Notes under the pieces: model-generated
The model's input: only the letters and a program-made list of their open reading frames with translations
Database searches by the model: none
What the model was told of the DNA's origin: nothing
Assembly: GCA_963706325.1 (NCBI GenBank)
Contig: CAVPLT010000001.1
Coordinates: 352,001 to 416,000, forward strand
Source: an uncultured Nitrospiraceae bacterium
GTDB taxonomy: Bacteria > Nitrospirota > Nitrospiria > Nitrospirales > Nitrospiraceae
Direction of reading: 5' to 3'
DNA: 64,000 bases
Part shown: positions 59,341 to 64,000 of the stretch, piece by piece
Layout: each line of letters starts with the position of its first letter
How positions within the stretch are numbered: position 1 is the stretch's first letter
Program-made: the position numbers and the translations under genes

Positions 59341-61681
59341 ATGAGCGCTTCGGACGCATTGCCGACTGAACAACTGGATTTTGTCACGATCGACGGCTTG
59401 CTCGTCTATGGAGAACGGCTGGCTCAGCGAACGTCCAGCGACCGATATGTTCTGCCGCCTTCGCCGCCTCCCACCACCGATCGACGACGGCGCGCAGAGG
59501 AAGCGACCATACGCATCCGGACTTTTATCCAAAGCCTGCCGGCCGGATTGCCCAGCGCCGAGGCCTATCATACCGCCCGGCGCGAGTTGATCGCCGATGC
59601 CTGCGGAGGGGATCCCCTGGTTTTCTATGCCGCGTGGAACCTGCTCCTGGCGCGTGGAGAACTGGCGCCTCTGTATCGGGCGCCGATCGGGGCCACTCAA
59701 AAACCCGCTCATCGACGCCCCGTCGCCATCGTGCCGCGCGCCAACCTGACACCCCAGTTGGCTGAAGGACGCATCGTCTTAGATTTGGGCGATGACCGAT
59801 TTTGGCTGCTTCCCCGTGACCTGGCCGACCGAACGGTGTTTTTTACCATGCGGCATGGCGTGTCGGAAGTCGAAAGCAAAACGCACCGGGTGGGACGCCG
59901 ACTCGCGAATGTCCTGGATACTGAGCGTGGCGTTCCCAGAGCGGAAGCGGTCGGGGCGGCGTTGGCCACGATGGTGGGCGTGGTCGGCCAGCAACTCGGC
60001 TACCTCAAACTTCACAACTATCTGGATCCCCGCACGTTTCTGCATCTGATCAGTCATAGCCCGAACACCGAACAACTCTGCCGGCGGATCACCAAAGCTC
60101 TAATGCCCGATGGGGCGGAGGCCGTTCACCCACACCTTGAAGCGACGCTGGAGTCGCAAGACTTCGGATGGGTAACCGGCATGGAAAAACAAGCGGAAGT
60201 CGATGCGGCCGCACAGGCATTCGGAGTCGATGCCAAGACCGCCAAGCGGCTGATCAAACATCCCTTCTACAGCTATCCCGGCGGGCATTCGTTTTTCGAT
60301 CTCTATGTCGACGTGATCGACGGCCTGCATCGGCTCGGTCACGCACACCCCGGCCAGGTACTGTGCCTCTATACGCACAGCTCCACGCTACGCGCTTTAC
60401 GCATCTATCTCGATCCGCGCCCCTTCCGTGAGGCCTTTTCCGAATTTGGAGAATATAAGGAAGGCCAGGACAACGTCGTGCTGCTCACCCTGGAGAACGG
60501 CAAGCTCTCCGGTTACTCAACCGCCGTCGGCTTGATCGAAAGCGAGCGTGTCGCTCGTGAGGCATGGGTGACGATCGAACGGGAGCGAAGCCAGCGCGTC
60601 ACGCTTAAGCCGCGACGTATCAAGCGCCTGCTCGCGCTGGTGTCGGGTGGTGATTTCGCGGGAGGCGGGGCGGCCCTCAAGGAATTGCGCGTCACCGGGA
60701 ATCGATTCGGGCTAGAGGTCTTTTTCGTCCGGCACGGATTCCTCGGTCTGGCTAACAATTGGATCGATGCGGTCACCGAGGAAGACACCCGCGGCATGAG
60801 CAGCCACGCCAGCAGCCCCATTGGAAGCAGCCGCTTCGAAGACTTCAAAGACGAGCAAGTGCAGCGTGCCGCCATGCACTCGCTCGCGCCCTATCGCGAT
60901 GACTCGGCCCTGGTCGTGTTGGGAGGCGACGGCAGCCTGCGCGGCGCGCGAGCGATGCATGAAACATTCGGGATGCAGGTAGTCGGCATTCCCGGCACCA
61001 TCGACAACAATATCGCCGGCACGACTTCGCTGGGATTTCATTCCGCGGTGGCGCTCGCGAATCAATCGATTGAATCCCTCAAGGCCACCAGCGCCGCAAT
61101 GGGCAGCATCTTCTTTGTCGAGGTCATGGGCGCCGGGTCAGGCCATTTAGCGTTGGCCTGCGCCTACCAAGCCCGGGCGGAAGGAATCCTCGTGAATGAG
61201 CACCCCGATCCCGATGCGTACATCGAAGAGATTGTCCTCGGAACCCTCAGAGCACACGTTAGGCGTGCCTAACAAGAGCCACATTTTTGTAGTGGCGGAA
61301 CGGACGCCTCATCGGCATCACCGGGAAGGCGGCGTGCATGGCTTGGTAGACTATGTTGCCAACACCATCGCGAAATGGCCCCAGCGTCGAGGAAAATCCG
61401 TCCACTATTCGTTGACCTCAGCCACCAAGGCGACCATTCTCGGACATACACTCCGAGGCGCGCCGCCGACCCCGGAAGATAAAATGATCGCCCAACATAT
61501 AGCCTATGAAACCGTCCGCCGCCTCGTCGAACAACCGGAGAGCATCGTCGGCTGTATGGTGGCCTATCGGGACTCACACACTCTTGAAACAATTCCGCTG
61601 CATGCCCTGTCGCCTAAGCCATTCGATTGGGAACTGTTCACGCGCATGCACGGAGCGGAGTTGCCCATCGAGAAATCATGA
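59341..61681 (+). CDS. Fusion protein: unknown N-domain + histidine-phosphatase domain + PfkA-type 6-phosphofructokinase; one frameshift ~61250
   Basis: MRHG, QDFGWVTG, YPGGHS, YTHS (His-phosphatase); SGGD, IGSSR, GGDGS, PGTIDN, EVMG, LGHTLRG (PfkA). Confidence 0.88.
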
Positions 61682-61780
61682 GGCGCGTATGACATCAGCA
61701 CGATGCCCCATGGCCTACGTTGACCCCTCCCATGTGACATGTTAGGGTCGTGCCCGTTGAAGCGAGAGGCGTTTTTTATT

Positions 61781-62242
61781 ATGCCTGTTCGAGACTTCAC
61801 CCCTGTTCTCTTGTGGCTGTGCGCCACCGTCCTTCTTCACTTCGGCGCCGCGTTCGCAGGGGCGCCGGGCTCGACGCTCTCGGACACCCCGTCCCCCATA
61901 CTCGCTCCCGACCCTGCCCAAGCCCCGCCTTCGCAGAATGGATCGGTACGAGCGGGACCTGACACGAATTCATCGGGTCTCCAAGAATCCATCCCTGCAT
62001 GGGCTCGGAACACGCTGAAGGCGCTTGAAACGCGCCATGGCCACCCGCTGCCGGGCTATGTCGGAGGGCGCACCTTTCAGAATCGCGAACGCGCGCTCCC
62101 GCGGGGCCGCTATCGGGAGTATGACGTGCATCCGAAGGCGCCCGGGAAGAATCGCGGCGCGGAACGAATCGTCATCGACCAACGCACTGGCAAGGCCTAT
62201 TACACCGCGGATCACTACCGCTCATTTATTCCAATGAATTGA
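61781..62242 (+). CDS. Secreted guanyl-specific ribonuclease (barnase/RNase Sa family)
   Basis: Signal peptide; FQNRERALP, YREYDV, RGAERIV, YYTADHY. Confidence 0.92.
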   Translation: MPVRDFTPVLLWLCATVLLHFGAAFAGAPGSTLSDTPSPILAPDPAQAPPSQNGSVRAGPDTNSSGLQESIPAWARNTLKALETRHGHPLPGYVGGRTFQNRERALPRGRYREYDVHPKAPGKNRGAERIVIDQRTGKAYYTADHYRSFIPMN

Positions 62243-62248
62243 GGACAC

Positions 62249-62788
62249 ATGTCGATCATCGCGCTCCAATCGATTAAAAAACCCTGGGCGCACCTCTTAG
62301 TGCATGCCGAAGGAGACGCTCTCGACAAGATCCTCTCCGTGCCCGCGCACTTCGTGGTGAAGACCGTCTCGGGCAAGAAATGCAAAACCAAGGCAGGACT
62401 GCTGGACGAATTCAGCCGCGTCTTTTCCTTTCCGGAATACTTCGGTCACAACTGGGACGCCCTCGAAGAATGTCTGGCCGATCTTGAGTGGCTGCCCGCC
62501 AAGGGCTACCTCGTGGTGGTGACTGACGCGGACCAAGTCCTGACGAAACCCGACGAGGAGGACGATTTCGAAACGTTCGTCGAGATATTGAGTGAAGCCG
62601 GTGAAGCCTGGAGCCTCAAGGAATCCGACGAGCCAACGGGCGACGGCCTCCCGTTCCACGCCGTCTTGACCGTCACGGATCGCCATAAGCACACCCGCCA
62701 CAATTGGTTTGCGCCACCCTTGGCCATGGAACGCAAACCCGGCAGAGCCACGCCACGGAAGGCATCGAAAAAGTCGACTCGCAAGTGA
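62249..62788 (+). CDS. Barstar-family RNase inhibitor
   Basis: FSFPEYFGHNWDALEECLADL; immediately after the RNase gene. Confidence 0.92.
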   Translation: MSIIALQSIKKPWAHLLVHAEGDALDKILSVPAHFVVKTVSGKKCKTKAGLLDEFSRVFSFPEYFGHNWDALEECLADLEWLPAKGYLVVVTDADQVLTKPDEEDDFETFVEILSEAGEAWSLKESDEPTGDGLPFHAVLTVTDRHKHTRHNWFAPPLAMERKPGRATPRKASKKSTRK

Positions 62789-62818
62789 CGTCACCGTTTC
62801 AATTTGAAGGAGGTCAAC

Positions 62819-63226
62819 ATGGGAATCTTCGATCAACTCGGTCAGGCAGCCGCAGGCATGATGGGAGGCAGCAGCCAAAATCCCCTGGTGCAAGCCGCGA
62901 TTGGCCTGCTAGGACAGAACAGTTCGGTGGGCGGCATTGCCGGTCTTATACAGGCGTTTCAGAAGAACGGGGTGGGAGAGATCGTGAATTCGTGGGTCGG
63001 CACGGGCAGCAACCTGCCGATCTCCCCTGCGCAAATACAGCAAGGATTGGGCGGGGATCTGCTAAAGCAGCTCGCAGCCCAGGCAGGGCTGAGTTCGGAA
63101 GCCGCCAGCGGCCAACTGGCGAATCTTCTTCCCGGCTTGATCGATAAACTGACGCCGGACGGCAAGCTGCCGGATACGAACCTGATGGAACAGGGGTTAA
63201 ACCTCTTGCGAGGAAAACTCGGGTAG
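62819..63226 (+). CDS. YidB/DUF937-family protein
   Basis: GGIAGLIQAF..IVNSWVGTGSNLPIS..LPGLIDKLTPDG; AAGGAGG SD. Confidence 0.92.
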   Translation: MGIFDQLGQAAAGMMGGSSQNPLVQAAIGLLGQNSSVGGIAGLIQAFQKNGVGEIVNSWVGTGSNLPISPAQIQQGLGGDLLKQLAAQAGLSSEAASGQLANLLPGLIDKLTPDGKLPDTNLMEQGLNLLRGKLG

Positions 63227-63233
63227 GACGAGT

Positions 63234-63476
63234 CTAACAGAGAGAGAGCAGTCGGCCTATCAACCGCTGCCTCCACCGGGTGAGTCCCCAGCAGAAGTCC
63301 TTCACACGCGAGAGCAGCCACCGTCTTGAATCGACGACCTGCCCCACACTGGCGCTGAGCGAAATAAAATGATCCCCGCAGAGCCCATGCGTTTCGCTGG
63401 AATCATCCAGGGGTAATTTTTCCCTTAGGAATGCAGGCTTCCCGTCTCGTACGCACCACGCGCATAACACTTTCAC
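63234..63476 (-). CDS. Small Zn-finger protein (CxWC...THGxCxxH)
   Basis: KVLCAWC..REKLPLDDSSETHGLCGDH; GGAG SD; paralog of 63770-63994. Confidence 0.8.
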   Translation of the reverse strand: MKVLCAWCVRDGKPAFLREKLPLDDSSETHGLCGDHFISLSASVGQVVDSRRWLLSRVKDFCWGLTRWRQRLIGRLLSLC

Positions 63477-63769
63477 AGCCTGACTCCATTCCTCGTGTGT
63501 TCGACCGTCGACCCCACAGGGCGCAAGAGTCGCACCATGACTGACGACGTGTGAGATCTGCTGTACTTTCAGAGTGATACCCTATGTGTTCGCGAAGGGT
63601 TGTCTCATAGGAGCCTTAAGTCGCGTGACTTTACGGCACTGATCGACGATTTTTGTCTCCATGAGCAAGTCATTCACCACCGCCGTGCCCGGTCATGTAA
63701 TGGCCGGGCTAACGCAATCCTTCGATAGTTTGGTGAAGTCGGACAGCTGCTCGACTGAAAAGGTGTTTC

Positions 63770-63994
63770 CTAGTAGGCGACAGCAGTGGTTGGCATCCGA
63801 CGAAGAAATGCCGCTTTATGCCCAAGCAAGGACGAATCGCAGTGGCTGGGTACCAGCGGGTCATGACAGACGCCCATTTGCTGGAGGTGAAAATCACAGA
63901 TGCCGTGGGTTTCTCGCGCATCGGCCAGCGGAGCCTTTTCCCGCACCAAGTCCGGCCGCCCCTCCTCCTTGCACCACGAACAAATGACTCTCAT
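63770..63994 (-). CDS. Small Zn-finger protein (CxWC...THGxCxxH), paralog
   Basis: MRVICSWC..REKAPLADARETHGICDFH. Confidence 0.8.
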   Translation of the reverse strand: MRVICSWCKEEGRPDLVREKAPLADARETHGICDFHLQQMGVCHDPLVPSHCDSSLLGHKAAFLRRMPTTAVAY

Positions 63995-64000
63995 CGTATC

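Overview
Bacterial chromosomal window, most likely Nitrospira (Nitrospirota); this is inferred from gene content and the intergenic repeat families, not proven. Layout: (1) ~1.1-9.4 kb is a decayed genomic island at the 3' end of tRNA-His. It holds a 5'-truncated tyrosine integrase that reads into the tRNA antisense strand, two thermonuclease relics, a GH28-like lipoprotein, a SAM methyltransferase, a discoidin-like pseudogene and iteron-like repeats. (2) 9.6-28.5 kb is mostly core genes: pyrF, rpsT, holA-lptE-leuS, der, an ECF sigma/zinc anti-sigma/cytochrome c set, an ADH and an M20 peptidase. (3) 28.7-49.6 kb is an ion-homeostasis block: kdpFABC-DE flanked by two paralogous porins (one a pseudogene), with three KdpE-box promoters of identical geometry. 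It also contains a stand-alone long CorA-like channel and a six-gene Hyf-like complex whose large subunit lacks all Ni-binding cysteines (Ehr type). (4) 49.9-64 kb holds protease genes, pyk, a histidine-phosphatase/PfkA fusion, an RNase-barstar pair and tandem small Zn-finger proteins. Frameshifts cluster at 35.4-36.8, 55-58.2 and 61.25 kb and many are probably assembly indels. The best novelty candidates are the phosphatase-PFK fusion, the KdpE regulon with porins and micropeptides, the orphan CorA-like channel and the Ehr complex. No CRISPR array or rRNA was seen.
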